From: an uncultured Gemmatimonadales bacterium
GTDB taxonomy: Bacteria > Gemmatimonadota > Gemmatimonadetes > Gemmatimonadales > Gemmatimonadaceae
DNA length: 64,000 nucleotides
Direction of reading: 5' to 3'
NCBI GenBank assembly: GCA_963701965.1
Contig: OY969695.1
Location: forward strand, 192,001-256,000
Numbering within the stretch: position 1 is the first letter of the stretch; each line of letters begins with the position of its first letter. The position numbers and the translations under genes were made by a program. Below are positions 32,888 through 42,602 of the stretch, piece by piece. Under the pieces are notes generated by a model. The model did no database searches and was not told where the DNA came from. It was given only the letters and a program-made list of their open reading frames with translations.

Positions 32888-33337
32888 TCAAGGACTCTCG
32901 AAGGAGCGTGCCGTGATCTCTTCCTCCGGAGTGAGCGGCATCGACCAGACGTCATTGGCATGCTGCGTGTCGAGATACTCCCTCACGGACGAGATCTGCC
33001 CGTTCCTGAAGGTCAGCAACACGTGGTACTGCTGCCGATAGAAGCGCCCGTTCTTGAGGTCGCCGCGGGATTCGACCTCGAGCGCTACGCGATCCGACTC
33101 GGCAATGCACGAAATGACGGTCATCGTCAGATTGCCCTTCAGCGCGCCGACCATCCGCCCGAATAGCCGACCGATCCTGTCTTTCGAATAGAGTCCCGCG
33201 GCCGGCGACCGCTCCTTCTCCCCCGGTATCCACCAGGTTGCATCCTCGGTCATAGTGTCCAGCGAGCCTGCAATATCGCCGGCGCTGAATCGCTCGAAGA
33301 ACGCGAAGGCAACCGCCTTGTTCTCTTCCGGGCTCAT
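32888..33337 (-). CDS. SnoaL/NTF2-like protein
   Basis: ENKAVA; VREYLDT. Confidence 0.85.
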   Translation of the reverse strand: MSPEENKAVAFAFFERFSAGDIAGSLDTMTEDATWWIPGEKERSPAAGLYSKDRIGRLFGRMVGALKGNLTMTVISCIAESDRVALEVESRGDLKNGRFYRQQYHVLLTFRNGQISSVREYLDTQHANDVWSMPLTPEEEITARSFESP

Positions 33338-33449
33338 GGCGTTCCTTTGTGTCCGAACTCGCATTGCACAGGTCCGCGGATGGAGCGGTTGGACAGCAGG
33401 CCGCGCGGCGCCAAATGGCGAGCCAGGTCACCGTCCGTTGCGATTCCGG

Positions 33450-33824
33450 TCACTCTCGATCCTCCTCGTACTGCTCGGCTTCCCCGACCGGTCGCAGCCA
33501 CGGCTCGCGGCGTTTGATCCAAAGCTCATAGCTCGGCACAAGAGGCGTGGGGGCCTTTGACAGGATCCCGAGCTTGATTTCCGCCTCTCGCTCATCGGCG
33601 GAGAACAATCGCGACCCACAGCGAGGACAGAAGTTTCGACCGTTGAATTCGGATGTTTCACCCACGCGCTCAAACTGGTGGGCGGGCCAGACACCATAGA
33701 AGGTAAAGGCCGAACCACTTTCTTGTCGGCAGTCGGTGCAGTGGCAGATGCCGACGCGAAGGGGTTCGCCGCGAACGGAAATCTGCACCCCGCCGCAAAG
33801 GCATTGACCCGAAAGCACCGTCAT
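33450..33824 (-). CDS. GFA family protein
   Basis: GQCLCG, CHCTDCR, FCPRCGS. Confidence 0.9.
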   Translation of the reverse strand: MTVLSGQCLCGGVQISVRGEPLRVGICHCTDCRQESGSAFTFYGVWPAHQFERVGETSEFNGRNFCPRCGSRLFSADEREAEIKLGILSKAPTPLVPSYELWIKRREPWLRPVGEAEQYEEDRE

Positions 33825-33915
33825 GGCTGATCCCTGTCTTGTCTGGTGTTCCTTGCCAATATACGGCGCGGCCGCGCATCCGTTCCGCAATCGCTGCGCC
33901 TAGGCTGACCGAGCG

Positions 33916-34251
33916 CTACCGTTGTGCAAGCGGGCCGACGCCAAACAGGCGCAGAAAGCACGCCGCCGACCAGACCAGCCCGCCGAGCGCCACCTGGAGC
34001 TTCCTTGCAACGGATGCACGAAGCCCGCGAACGGGAGCCGCTTCGAAGAAGGCAGGGGTGTTTCGTTCGAAAGCGTAGTGACCCGCCCAGGAAATCAGAA
34101 AGCCACTCGCGATGAGCGCGAGGCCCAGGAGCGGACGCCAGAGCAGCAGGATGCCCGCCAGCGCAGTGGCGTGCGCCAAGTGATGCACGTATCGATTGGC
34201 GCGGTTCTGATGCGCCCGTTCGTAGTAGCTGAGAAATGCGGTGAGGCTCAC
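33916..34251 (-). CDS. Mpo1/DUF962-like membrane protein
   Basis: HQNRANRYVH; WAGHYAFERNTPA. Confidence 0.75.
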   Translation of the reverse strand: MSLTAFLSYYERAHQNRANRYVHHLAHATALAGILLLWRPLLGLALIASGFLISWAGHYAFERNTPAFFEAAPVRGLRASVARKLQVALGGLVWSAACFLRLFGVGPLAQR

Positions 34252-34294
34252 TTTTGACTTGCGCCTTTGGGACTATGCCCGCTCGATGGAGCGG

Positions 34295-34696
34295 TCAGCA
34301 TTGACTTTGCCGGCGAGCTCGTTGCATTGCAACAGGCGAGGCACGGAAGCCAAGTTTGGCGAAGAACTCCGCGGTACCTTCGCGGCCGGCGCGCAGCACC
34401 CAGGTGACCTCGGGCGAGCCTGCGGTCACGTGCGCGACCAAGGCCGAGCCGACACCCTTGCGCCGATGCTGGGGAGCCACCGCAACCATGGAAAGATAGC
34501 CGTTGCTCAGGCCATCCGTGATGGCACGTGCGAAGCCGATGATCTCCGAGCCAGCGACGGCAACCGCCGTACGCTGCGAGTTGCGAATCAGCGTGGCAAA
34601 GCGCCGCGAATCTCCGACCCGATGCGACCAACCGTTGGCCACGAGGAAGCCACGAACCGCTTCGACCTGCGAAGGATCGAGATCGACTACGTGCAT
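34295..34696 (-). CDS. GNAT acetyltransferase
   Basis: IGFARAITDG; VAPQHRRKGVG. Confidence 0.88.
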   Translation of the reverse strand: MHVVDLDPSQVEAVRGFLVANGWSHRVGDSRRFATLIRNSQRTAVAVAGSEIIGFARAITDGLSNGYLSMVAVAPQHRRKGVGSALVAHVTAGSPEVTWVLRAGREGTAEFFAKLGFRASPVAMQRARRQSQC

Positions 34697-34699
34697 GGG

Positions 34700-34774
34700 A
34701 CCCAAGGTTTGACATGAGCGGCGGCCGGCAGCAAGCAACGCTTGCCGAACGTCCACTGGATGCAGGGGTCAGGC
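34700..34774 (-). repeat. attC with both core boxes mutated
   Basis: ACCCAAG GTTTGACATGAG...GTCCACTGGATGCAGGG GTCAGGC. Confidence 0.8.
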
Positions 34775-35178
34775 ACCAGACCCACGGAGGCCGGCGCTGA
34801 TTGCGCCGTGCTCGTACGAGGTGATCTCGAAGGGATTTCCATCGGGGTCTTCGAAGTACAGCGACCAAGAGAACTCATGGTCGACCGGTTCGAGCTTGCG
34901 ACCGAGCGCCGACTCGAGATGCGTCAGCCACGAGAGGAACTCTACGCCGCTGGCCCCCAGGGCCACGACGGACCGGCAGCTCTGGCGCGGCCTCTCGAAG
35001 AGCGCCAGTTGGACTCGGTCCGATTTGTCGGCGACCGTCAGCGGTCCGCCGCCGGCGGCCCATGATTCGAGAGCAGAGGCGCGCACCAGCCCAAGGACCC
35101 GTGATACCAGGCTTCCGCGGCGAGGCGGTCAGGTACGAAGACGTGTACATGGTCGACGCCGGTGACCTTTGGAGTCAT
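34769..35178 (-). CDS. VOC family protein (frameshifted)
   Basis: VDHVHVFV; SLYFEDPDGNPFEIT. Confidence 0.8.
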
Positions 35179-35225
35179 GGGGGGTCCTTGAATGGGTGCG
35201 GCCAACGCTCTCGCGCGAAACGAGA

Positions 35226-35816
35226 CTACCGAGCACGCGCATATCGACACACCTGCGCGCCTGTGCCGGCCTTGACGCTCGACTCCAGCGTGAACGGCAT
35301 CGCCTTTCCGTTTTCGGCGAAGATCGTTTTCCCTCCACCGAGAATGATCGGCTCAATCGTGAGCAGCAACTCGTCGACAAGGTCAGCGTCGAGCAATGAC
35401 CGAACCATCGCCGAGCTGCCGTAAACGTAGATGTAGCCGCCCGGCCGCGCGCGCAGATCGGACACCGCTTTTACGCGATCATCGCCGCGGATGATCGTCG
35501 TCGGGTTCCACGAAACGTCCTTCTCGGTGAGCGTATTGGACACCACGTACTTCTGCACGCGGTTGATCCAGTCCGAGAATGAGTCTCCCGAGCGACCGGG
35601 CCAAGCGGCGGCCGAGGCTTGATAAGTGCGGCGTCCTTGCAAAAGTACGTCGCTGTGCTTGGCGAGTTCGGAATACGCGCCACCCATGACGACCGGGTCG
35701 AAGTACCTCATCGACCATCCGCCGTGATTGAAACCGCCGTCGGTATCCTCGCTCGCTCCGCCGGGAGCCTGCACGACACCGTCGAGGCTGATGAACTCGG
35801 TGATGAGCGTCTTCAT
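35226..35816 (-). CDS. RibD C-terminal/DHFR-fold protein
   Basis: ISLDGVVQAPG; GRRTY; LVDEL; PIILGGGK. Confidence 0.85.
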   Translation of the reverse strand: MKTLITEFISLDGVVQAPGGASEDTDGGFNHGGWSMRYFDPVVMGGAYSELAKHSDVLLQGRRTYQASAAAWPGRSGDSFSDWINRVQKYVVSNTLTEKDVSWNPTTIIRGDDRVKAVSDLRARPGGYIYVYGSSAMVRSLLDADLVDELLLTIEPIILGGGKTIFAENGKAMPFTLESSVKAGTGAQVCRYARAR

Positions 35817-35870
35817 GGATTCTCCGATCGCGAGGCCAGCTTGCCGGAGGACGTCCGCTCGATGGAATGG

Positions 35871-36530
35871 TCAGGCGTCACTCGTCGCTCGCCTGAGCGC
35901 CTCGGCGGCCCATGCCTTCGTGGCCTGACAGGTCTCCGTGGCGCGCTTGTAGGCTTCTCGCCCGCTGGTGCGGGCCACATAGGCCTGCTCTACCTCGCCG
36001 AGGACGGCGGCGCCACTTCTTCGCGCCAACTCCAAGGCGTAAGTCACAGAGATATCGGCCGCCGTGAATGCATCACCCGCAAGACATGGCGAGCTCGCGA
36101 GCCGCCGGGTCACCAACCCCAGCCGGCTCTCAAAGACTTCCAGCGCCTTGGCGGCGCCCCAGTTCTGCCGTTCGGATTCAGGCGCGAGGTTGCGGCTGAC
36201 GACCACGAAGTAAATGGAGGCGGCGAGGCCGGCTTCTCCGAGGTGCAGGAACTGTTGATATGCGGGGAAGGTGGGATCGTGCGGGTCCGGCGCAAGCGGC
36301 GTCGGTCCGTAGCGAGCGATCAGGTACTCCATGATCGCAATCGATTCGACCATGGTGAGGTCGCCGTCCTGGATCGCCGGGATGAACCCGGCGGGGTTGA
36401 CCGCCAGGAGCTCCGTGTCGTCCTCGACGCCGGCTATCAGGTCCACCGGCCTCAGCCGGTACGCAAGCCCCGTCTCCTCCAGCAGCCATACGACCCGGAA
36501 CCCTCTCCCTTCGCCGAAAACGGTGATCAT
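35871..36530 (-). CDS. Glutathione S-transferase
   Basis: RVVWLLEE; NPAGFIP; ESIAIMEYL; FTAADIS. Confidence 0.9.
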   Translation of the reverse strand: MITVFGEGRGFRVVWLLEETGLAYRLRPVDLIAGVEDDTELLAVNPAGFIPAIQDGDLTMVESIAIMEYLIARYGPTPLAPDPHDPTFPAYQQFLHLGEAGLAASIYFVVVSRNLAPESERQNWGAAKALEVFESRLGLVTRRLASSPCLAGDAFTAADISVTYALELARRSGAAVLGEVEQAYVARTSGREAYKRATETCQATKAWAAEALRRATSDA

Positions 36531-36572
36531 GTCCGCGGCTCCTTATGCGCCAGGGGTTAGACGTCGCCGCGT

Positions 36573-36962
36573 TCACTGACTGGATTTGAGCATTGCGGCC
36601 ATTCGTTCATGAATGGCATTGATCGCCTTGAGCGGCCTGAGCATGACCTTGAATTCGACGATTTGCCCAGCACCGTTCCACTTGATGAGGTCGACTCCAT
36701 TGACGAGCACTCCGTCGATCTCGGTTTCGAATTCCAGCATGGCATCCGAAGGACCGACGATCTCCCGTACATAGTGAAAGGTTGGGTTGAAGAACACTTG
36801 GAAGGCCGCACCCAGATACCAGGCTGCAAGCTTCCTCCCGCGCTGCGGTGTGTGGACGACGGGCGAATAGAAGATCGCGTCTTCCGCGAGTAGCGCGTTC
36901 AGCCCAGAGGGATCTTGGGTGCGCACCAGGCGATGCCAAGTGTCGAGAGCGTTATCGGTCAT
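36573..36962 (-). CDS. SnoaL/NTF2-like protein
   Basis: FYSPVVHTPQRG; NGVDLI; FKVMLRP. Confidence 0.85.
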   Translation of the reverse strand: MTDNALDTWHRLVRTQDPSGLNALLAEDAIFYSPVVHTPQRGRKLAAWYLGAAFQVFFNPTFHYVREIVGPSDAMLEFETEIDGVLVNGVDLIKWNGAGQIVEFKVMLRPLKAINAIHERMAAMLKSSQ

Positions 36963-37159
36963 CGCGTACCTCTGCGATTCAAGTGTCGTCCGACGTTCTA
37001 CATCATCGGCGGCCCAGAAGGCGTGAGGCGGTCTTTGCGAGTGCCGTGAAAGCAGAACTTGGTAGCTCTAGGCGTGACGGCCAGGCCGCTGACACTTCGG
37101 CTTGGTTCATCGCGACTTGTGCGAGCCGGGACGCGCCTGCTCACCGCAGAAGAACGACT

Positions 37160-37675
37160 TCAACCCGAGAAGGTACGAAACAGAACATAGCCGATCATGC
37201 CGAGGTTCATGTACGCCGTGGCGGCCATGCCGGGAGCGCGATAGAGCGGGTTGAGCCTGTAACCGATCCAGAAGCCGGCACGGGCAAGGACAAAGACGAT
37301 TGCACAGGCCCAGACGACTTGCAGATGCTGCGACGGAACGACCGTGCTGAGCGCGAGCGACGCGATGGCGAACAAGAAGTTCTGCTGCAACGTGTTGTCG
37401 ACTACGCGGCCATCGACCTCCATCGATCGACTTTCTGCATGCCGGGTGGGGTCTATCGCCTCGCTCAAGAAGCGGGAATTGCCGACGGTGGCAATCATGA
37501 TGAAGAGGGGCAGCATGGCGAAGACATTGGCCCGCAGGGCATAGGCCAATCGTTCCGCAAGCATGTCTGCGACGCTTGGGGTCGGCAACGTCTTGGTGAG
37601 TATCCACACGCTCAACGCCATCAAGATGACCCCGCTCGCAGCACCGATCGCGACAACCCGTTGGTCGGATTTCAT
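37160..37675 (-). CDS. MAPEG family membrane protein
   Basis: NTLQQ; ARAGFWIGY; RAPG. Confidence 0.75.
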   Translation of the reverse strand: MKSDQRVVAIGAASGVILMALSVWILTKTLPTPSVADMLAERLAYALRANVFAMLPLFIMIATVGNSRFLSEAIDPTRHAESRSMEVDGRVVDNTLQQNFLFAIASLALSTVVPSQHLQVVWACAIVFVLARAGFWIGYRLNPLYRAPGMAATAYMNLGMIGYVLFRTFSG

Positions 37676-37738
37676 GACTAATCCGATCTCGCTTTGCACT
37701 TCGGGCTTCGAGCTGTCGGCCTCGGCGCACGGACTGGA

Positions 37739-38106
37739 CTAGGCAGCAACGTCAATGCCGATGATCTCGTACACGTTCCCGTCAGGCGCGATGAAGTGCT
37801 GCCATACCTTGCCCGATGCGCGTTGTGGCTCCGGGTGACGAACTCGATGCTCGCGCCAAGCAATCGGGCGCGCGCAATTGCGAAGTCTTCGACTTCGAGG
37901 GCGACGACCGGACCGCCCCCAAAGAATTCATGATCTTGGTCAAGCGGACCATAGATGTGAACTTCGGTCCCATCGCCCAGCTTGAATCGGCCGGACTTGT
38001 CGTCCATCGACAGAGTGTCCAGATTCAACACGTCGCGGTAGAACGCGTTCATCTCGTCGAACTGTCGTGTCTTGACTCCCATCCAACCCAGCCGCGCTAC
38101 TTTCAT
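37739..38106 (-). CDS. VOC family protein (frameshifted; end approximate)
   Basis: FYRDVL; second frame APDGNVYEI. Confidence 0.75.
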
Positions 38107-38148
38107 TCGAAACCTCGGGAGGGCCTAACGTTTGGGCGAATGTCTTCA

Positions 38149-38349
38149 TTACTCGTCAAGGAGGCCTGCTTTGTAGAAGCTCCAAGCAGTTCCGTCGTGC
38201 AGGTAGAAGTGGCCGTCTGTGCAGAAGTCCTTGCCGGGGAAGAACTCGCGGTAGGCGCGGGGCACAAGACGCGCAAGCTGTTCGTCTGTGAGTTCGTCGA
38301 ATTGTTCGGGGGCGATCGGTTGCCCAACCCTGAGTCTTCGTGATTCCAT
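38149..38349 (-). CDS. Small hypothetical cassette protein
   Basis: 66 aa ORF between an attC and a collapsed attC. Confidence 0.6.
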   Translation of the reverse strand: MESRRLRVGQPIAPEQFDELTDEQLARLVPRAYREFFPGKDFCTDGHFYLHDGTAWSFYKAGLLDE

Positions 38350-38368
38350 GGCTGATTCGGTGCTGAGG

Positions 38369-38446
38369 TTCTAACGTTCGGCATGCGAGGCGGCCGGGGG
38401 CCGGCGAAGCTGGCGGGAGGGCGTCCGCTCGATAGAGGGGCTAGGC
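38369..38446 (-). repeat. attC
   Basis: TTCTAAC...GTCCGCTCGATAGAGGG GCTAGGC, 78 bp. Confidence 0.85.
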
Positions 38447-38893
38447 ATCGCGCCCGCTGGGCCCGCCAGAAGCTCTTCTTCGCGCGAACGCGGGCACCTC
38501 CGGATCTGGACGATCCCATGGTTGCGCACTTGCCAGCCAGACATTCGCGTTGGGCTTGTACCAGCTCGAATCGTCCAGGCTCGACGCCTTCACACCGATT
38601 CGCTCCACGCTGCCCGAGCTCACGGCGAACAGCGGTGTACCGCATACCGCCCAATAGCTCCGCCTGACAGTGTTGCCACTGTCGGCGAGCTTGTCGAAGA
38701 CCGCCGGTGTCCCCTCTGTGAGTCGGACTGCCTCACGCGACGTGACGACGGTCGCTGAGAAGGCGCTGCCGCTTGCCATCTGGCAATCCCGGCAGTGGCA
38801 ATTCACCATCCGAAGCGGCGTGGCGAGGCATTCGTAGCGCACCGCATCGCACGCACAGCCACCGGGAAATGGAACAGCGACGACTGCTGCCAC
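38441..38893 (-). CDS. GFA family protein
   Basis: GGCAC, CHCRDCQ, VCGT. Confidence 0.85.
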   Translation of the reverse strand: MAAVVAVPFPGGCACDAVRYECLATPLRMVNCHCRDCQMASGSAFSATVVTSREAVRLTEGTPAVFDKLADSGNTVRRSYWAVCGTPLFAVSSGSVERIGVKASSLDDSSWYKPNANVWLASAQPWDRPDPEVPAFARRRASGGPSGRDA

Positions 38894-38898
38894 GTGGC

Positions 38899-38976
38899 GC
38901 CTATCGTTCGACACGAGCGGCGGCCGGAAGCCAGCGTAGCTGGCCGGAGGACGTCCGCTCGACGGAGGCGTTAGGT
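38899..38976 (-). repeat. attC
   Basis: GCCTATC GTTCGACACGAG...GTCCGCTCGACGGAGGC GTTAGGT. Confidence 0.85.
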
Positions 38977-39460
38977 TTCGCCGCGCGATTCCGGCACACG
39001 CCTGACCGAGCAAGAAAAGCAGCCACGCTTTGCATTGTGGAGATGAATGTAGCGACGAGCGGATTGCCGAATTGACGCTCGATCTCTGCTCCGACTTCCG
39101 AGCCGGCGCACACCTCGGCGCCGACCATCATGTGCGACCTGTCGTAAGCACGCACCGCGATTTGCCGGAGACTGACGTACTCGGGAATCCTGCCAGCAGC
39201 GAGGGCTCGTTGTGGCGCGCCCGCCCTGACGTAGAGGAGACCGGATGCGCGGTACGGCGAGTTCTCTGTCTGGTGCTCGAACGAAAGCAGCAGCCGCTCC
39301 TCACCAGGCTCAGCGTCGGCGAGGCTGACTCGGCAAGGAACCCCGGCTTGGTAGTCGCTTTGACGCGCACAGCTCCTTGCCGATTGAGCTCCTCGGGCGA
39401 AAGCGCGAACAGCGAAGCGAAGCGAGTGGGCGAGAGACCGACGAGCTGAAACGAAGGCAT
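38971..39460 (-). CDS. DUF1203 protein (frameshifted)
   Basis: PCRVSLADA, SPYRASG, VRAYD across frames. Confidence 0.75.
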
Positions 39461-39721
39461 GGCTGAGACCCCGTGGGCGTGGTTTGCGCAACACCACATC
39501 TGCTGCTCGCCGAAACCGGACACGTCTTCTCTTCGGCGGTGGCCTGGTGCCGCCGGTTCCTGTTGCGTGGCGTGATCCTTGGCACGAGAGCCGGGGAGCG
39601 CAACTGCCAGAGCGGCGATTGCGAGCAAGACCGTCGCTACCGGAAGCGTGGCCAGAGCAACCCACGTTTCGAACACCATCCCGAAGCTGCCCGACGACGG
39701 AAAGGAAGGCCGTCGCCGCTG

Positions 39722-40666
39722 CTATCCAGCCGCGAAGCCGATTGCTAGCAGCGCGGCGTACACGAACGTCAGCATCGCTGCTCTGGCGGTCATCGGCTCG
39801 AGGGTCGGCTCGTCCTCGTGAGTCAGGACGATTGGCAGGATCCGCAACGCGAGGGGCAATGTCACGAGGGGAAGCAGGACCCATGCACCGTATCCCCCGA
39901 GGCTCCAGAGCACGAGGGGCGCGAGATAGGCAAGCAACGAGAAGAGGCAGTAGGCCAGCCGGCTTCCCGTGGGACCGAAGCGGACCGCCAGCGTGCGCCA
40001 TCCCTTGCTCGCGTCGAACTGTCGGTCCTCGAGGTCGTCGATGAGGAGGATGTTGGTCACGAGCGCGCCTACCGGCAGCCCGGCGAAGAATGCCGCAGGA
40101 GGCAGCGCCGCCAGGCTGGGCACGGACTGCGAGGCCGCTGCCGCGAGCCACGCGATCTGCGCGTAGTAGGTTCCCGCGACGGCGACGATCCCGAACATCG
40201 CGAAGAATACTGGCTCGGCGATGCCGAGCTTTGTGTAGGGACGCGGGCCCGCCGAGTACCCGAAGCTTGCGACCACGCCAACGACGCCGAGCACGATCGC
40301 CGGCACTCCGCCCACGACCAGGAAGCACACCGCGATCGGGACCGTGAGCAGGAGGCACGCGGCGATCGCGACCTTCACCTGGCCGAGGGTGAGCGTGCCA
40401 TCCTGCAGGGCGTTCGTGAGATCGGGATGCTCGACCGCTTGCGGATACCGGCGCAGCAGCTCGTGGGTGTCGGTGAAGAGGCCGGCGAGATGGATGAGCC
40501 AGCTACCCAGGAAAGCGAGCACGACCGCCATTGGCGCAAACACGTGATCGCGCGCCGCCAGTGCGGCTCCGACCATCACCGGCGCCGCCGCGATCGGCAA
40601 CGTATGGGTCGGGTAGAGCAGCAGGTCGACCCAGATGTGCTTGCGCATCGGCGTCGCCCTGCTCAT
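39722..40666 (-). CDS. UbiA/MenA family prenyltransferase
   Basis: YSAGP, NILLIDDLED..FD...GWRTLAVRFG; multi-TM. Confidence 0.85.
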   Translation of the reverse strand: MSRATPMRKHIWVDLLLYPTHTLPIAAAPVMVGAALAARDHVFAPMAVVLAFLGSWLIHLAGLFTDTHELLRRYPQAVEHPDLTNALQDGTLTLGQVKVAIAACLLLTVPIAVCFLVVGGVPAIVLGVVGVVASFGYSAGPRPYTKLGIAEPVFFAMFGIVAVAGTYYAQIAWLAAAASQSVPSLAALPPAAFFAGLPVGALVTNILLIDDLEDRQFDASKGWRTLAVRFGPTGSRLAYCLFSLLAYLAPLVLWSLGGYGAWVLLPLVTLPLALRILPIVLTHEDEPTLEPMTARAAMLTFVYAALLAIGFAAG

Positions 40667-40779
40667 CGGATGCCTCATGCCCCGATTGGAGCAGTTGATG
40701 GAACATGCGGATTTGTCCTGAATCAACGCACCGCTTCGGCTTTGCATGTCCGATTGACGGAGGGGTTAGATACCTTTCG

Positions 40780-41571
40780 CTATCTCGCCGAGATCCAGGC
40801 GGCAATTTGCTGGACAACCTCGCGCTCTAAGCCGTTAAAGCCGTGGTACGCAAGGGCCTCGCAGGGATCGCCTCTGTTCTCGCCGCCCTTGAACGATAGC
40901 AACTGAGTCCTCGGTGCATTTCCTAGCTTCCCCATCAGGACAGGCACCTTCGAGAAAGAGCAATGCTCGCACTCGTCTTGTTCGTGGTGTACCACCAGTA
41001 CGGGGACGCGGATCTTGTCCAGCGGCATAGCCGGTACCGGGCGGTTGCCTTTGGAGTCTGTGAGTATGGTTGACGTGAGAACTAGCCCATCCGGCCCGTC
41101 ACGACCAGCAAGCTCAGTGGCGACGTAGGCCACCGACTGGGTGCCACGGCTGGTACCGACGAGCCACACAGGAGCCTTTGCGTTTTCTCGCAACCAACCG
41201 ATGGCCGCCTTGACGTCTGCGGCGTGTTCCGGCCTCTGGCGGAACCCTGAAAGGAAAGGCGGAGACTGACGATCGGATGGGGCATCAATGACAGCAACCG
41301 TCAAGCCCGCGTCAGCGAACAGTTGGCGTGTTCGAACAAGGAAGTTTCCCTCACCCCACTTCATCGAGCCGTTCGGGAAGATCTGCAGACCTCCATGACC
41401 ACCGGCGAAAAGGATGACCGCTGCTTTCGGCTCAGGAGACGAAAGCACGATCATGCGTTGCGTGACGCCGGGTCGAGTCGGAATATCTACCACCTTCTGC
41501 GTTGTCTGGGCTTGCCCGGAGGAAAGCAACGCGAACAGAGCCGCCGCGAAAAGGGGTTTGAGTTCGCGCAT
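40780..41571 (-). CDS. Secreted alpha/beta hydrolase
   Basis: GTSRG nucleophile elbow; VHHEQD; YHGF. Confidence 0.85.
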   Translation of the reverse strand: MRELKPLFAAALFALLSSGQAQTTQKVVDIPTRPGVTQRMIVLSSPEPKAAVILFAGGHGGLQIFPNGSMKWGEGNFLVRTRQLFADAGLTVAVIDAPSDRQSPPFLSGFRQRPEHAADVKAAIGWLRENAKAPVWLVGTSRGTQSVAYVATELAGRDGPDGLVLTSTILTDSKGNRPVPAMPLDKIRVPVLVVHHEQDECEHCSFSKVPVLMGKLGNAPRTQLLSFKGGENRGDPCEALAYHGFNGLEREVVQQIAAWISAR

Positions 41572-41588
41572 GAGTCTGGTACGCGGCG

Positions 41589-42068
41589 TCAGTACGGAGT
41601 GCCGTCCTTGTGGGCAAACTGAGCCTTGCCGTCAGCTCTGACGAATTGCAAATCGTCATCCGGGAATGTCACTTGCTCATCTGGTGTTCGATCCCCAATC
41701 TCCAGGTACAGCACTTCCTCTGTGGTCTCGTTGAGCAAGTGGTGGGAGTTCCCCGTTCCAGCTCTGAACCCGGCACACATCCCGGGGGCCAGTCGAACTC
41801 GACCTTGATCAGTGTGCAAAGTCGGGTGGCCAGAGACGACGTAGACGAGCTCGTCCTGCTTCGCGTGTGAATGGCGCAGCGAGGAAACGGCATTCGGAGC
41901 GAGGCGCGTCAGATTGACGCCGAAGTTCTTGAGGCCGAAGAACTCGCCGAGTTGACGCTTCTGTCTGCCATCCACGCGCGAGAGGAACGGTTCAGGATAG
42001 AACGAGACCGCCGCGCGGACAGGTATGTCAAGGGCACTGATCGCGATCGGCGGCAAGAAGGATGACAT
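41589..42068 (-). CDS. Cupin domain protein (paralog of 20535-21013)
   Basis: FGLKNFGVNL; LRHSHAKQDE; HKDGTPY. Confidence 0.88.
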   Translation of the reverse strand: MSSFLPPIAISALDIPVRAAVSFYPEPFLSRVDGRQKRQLGEFFGLKNFGVNLTRLAPNAVSSLRHSHAKQDELVYVVSGHPTLHTDQGRVRLAPGMCAGFRAGTGNSHHLLNETTEEVLYLEIGDRTPDEQVTFPDDDLQFVRADGKAQFAHKDGTPY

Positions 42069-42096
42069 GGATACCTCCGGACACTGCATTCGTTGG

Positions 42097-42154
42097 GGCT
42101 AACGTTTGAATTCAGCGGCAGCCGACGGCGGTCCGCTGGAATGATGGGTTGGGC
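42097..42154 (-). repeat. Short 58-bp attC of a different family
   Basis: Minus strand GCCCAAC CCATCATTCCAGCGGAC..CCGCTGAATTCAAAC GTTAGCC. Confidence 0.85.
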
Positions 42155-42440
42155 GGCACCAGTTGCATGCCAACCCACCGGGGTCACGCCGAGCCTCACA
42201 GAAAGAATACCTACCGTTTCGGCCCATACCGCATGGCCACCGCGCCCGTGCGAACTCCAGGCTACTTACAAGCTTCAAGTCAACATACCTCGACAGTCCG
42301 GCGAATAGCGTCGGGCCATGCCCAGCGGGCCTTGCCTGCACTACGAACTCGTATTCATCGACCAATCCCAGCGAAGGCGGAGCCTGAGACCAAGCAAGCG
42401 TGCCTCCGAGAAGTAGCAGACAAAGGATGACCGATCGCAT
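42155..42440 (-). CDS. Secreted hypothetical cassette protein (3' end uncertain)
   Basis: Signal peptide MRSVILCLLLLGGTLAWSQ between two attC. Confidence 0.5.
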
Positions 42441-42452
42441 GGTCTTCGTGGC

Positions 42453-42521
42453 ACCTAACGTTCGACATGAGCGGCGAGCCAAAGGGCGCGAAGCGGCCTT
42501 TGGAGCGTCCGCTCGATGGAG
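42453..42521 (-). repeat. attC truncated by IS110 remnant
   Basis: ACCTAAC GTTCGACATGAG...GTCCGCTCGATGGAG followed by IS end. Confidence 0.85.
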
Positions 42522-42593
42522 CAACTGTGTCTCAAGTCAAGTGCTCCTGGATGAAGTGAGAACCGCATCGATGCGCCAGGGTGCCTGATCGCG
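42522..42593 (-). mobile_element. 72-bp right-end remnant of the IS110 at 48684-49848
   Basis: One mismatch to 48684-48755. Confidence 0.9.
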
Positions 42594-42602
42594 ACCGAAT
42601 GC

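Noticed and set aside
35226..35816. Second trimethoprim-resistance gene
   Set aside because: Motifs fit the RibD C-terminal family, not DfrA
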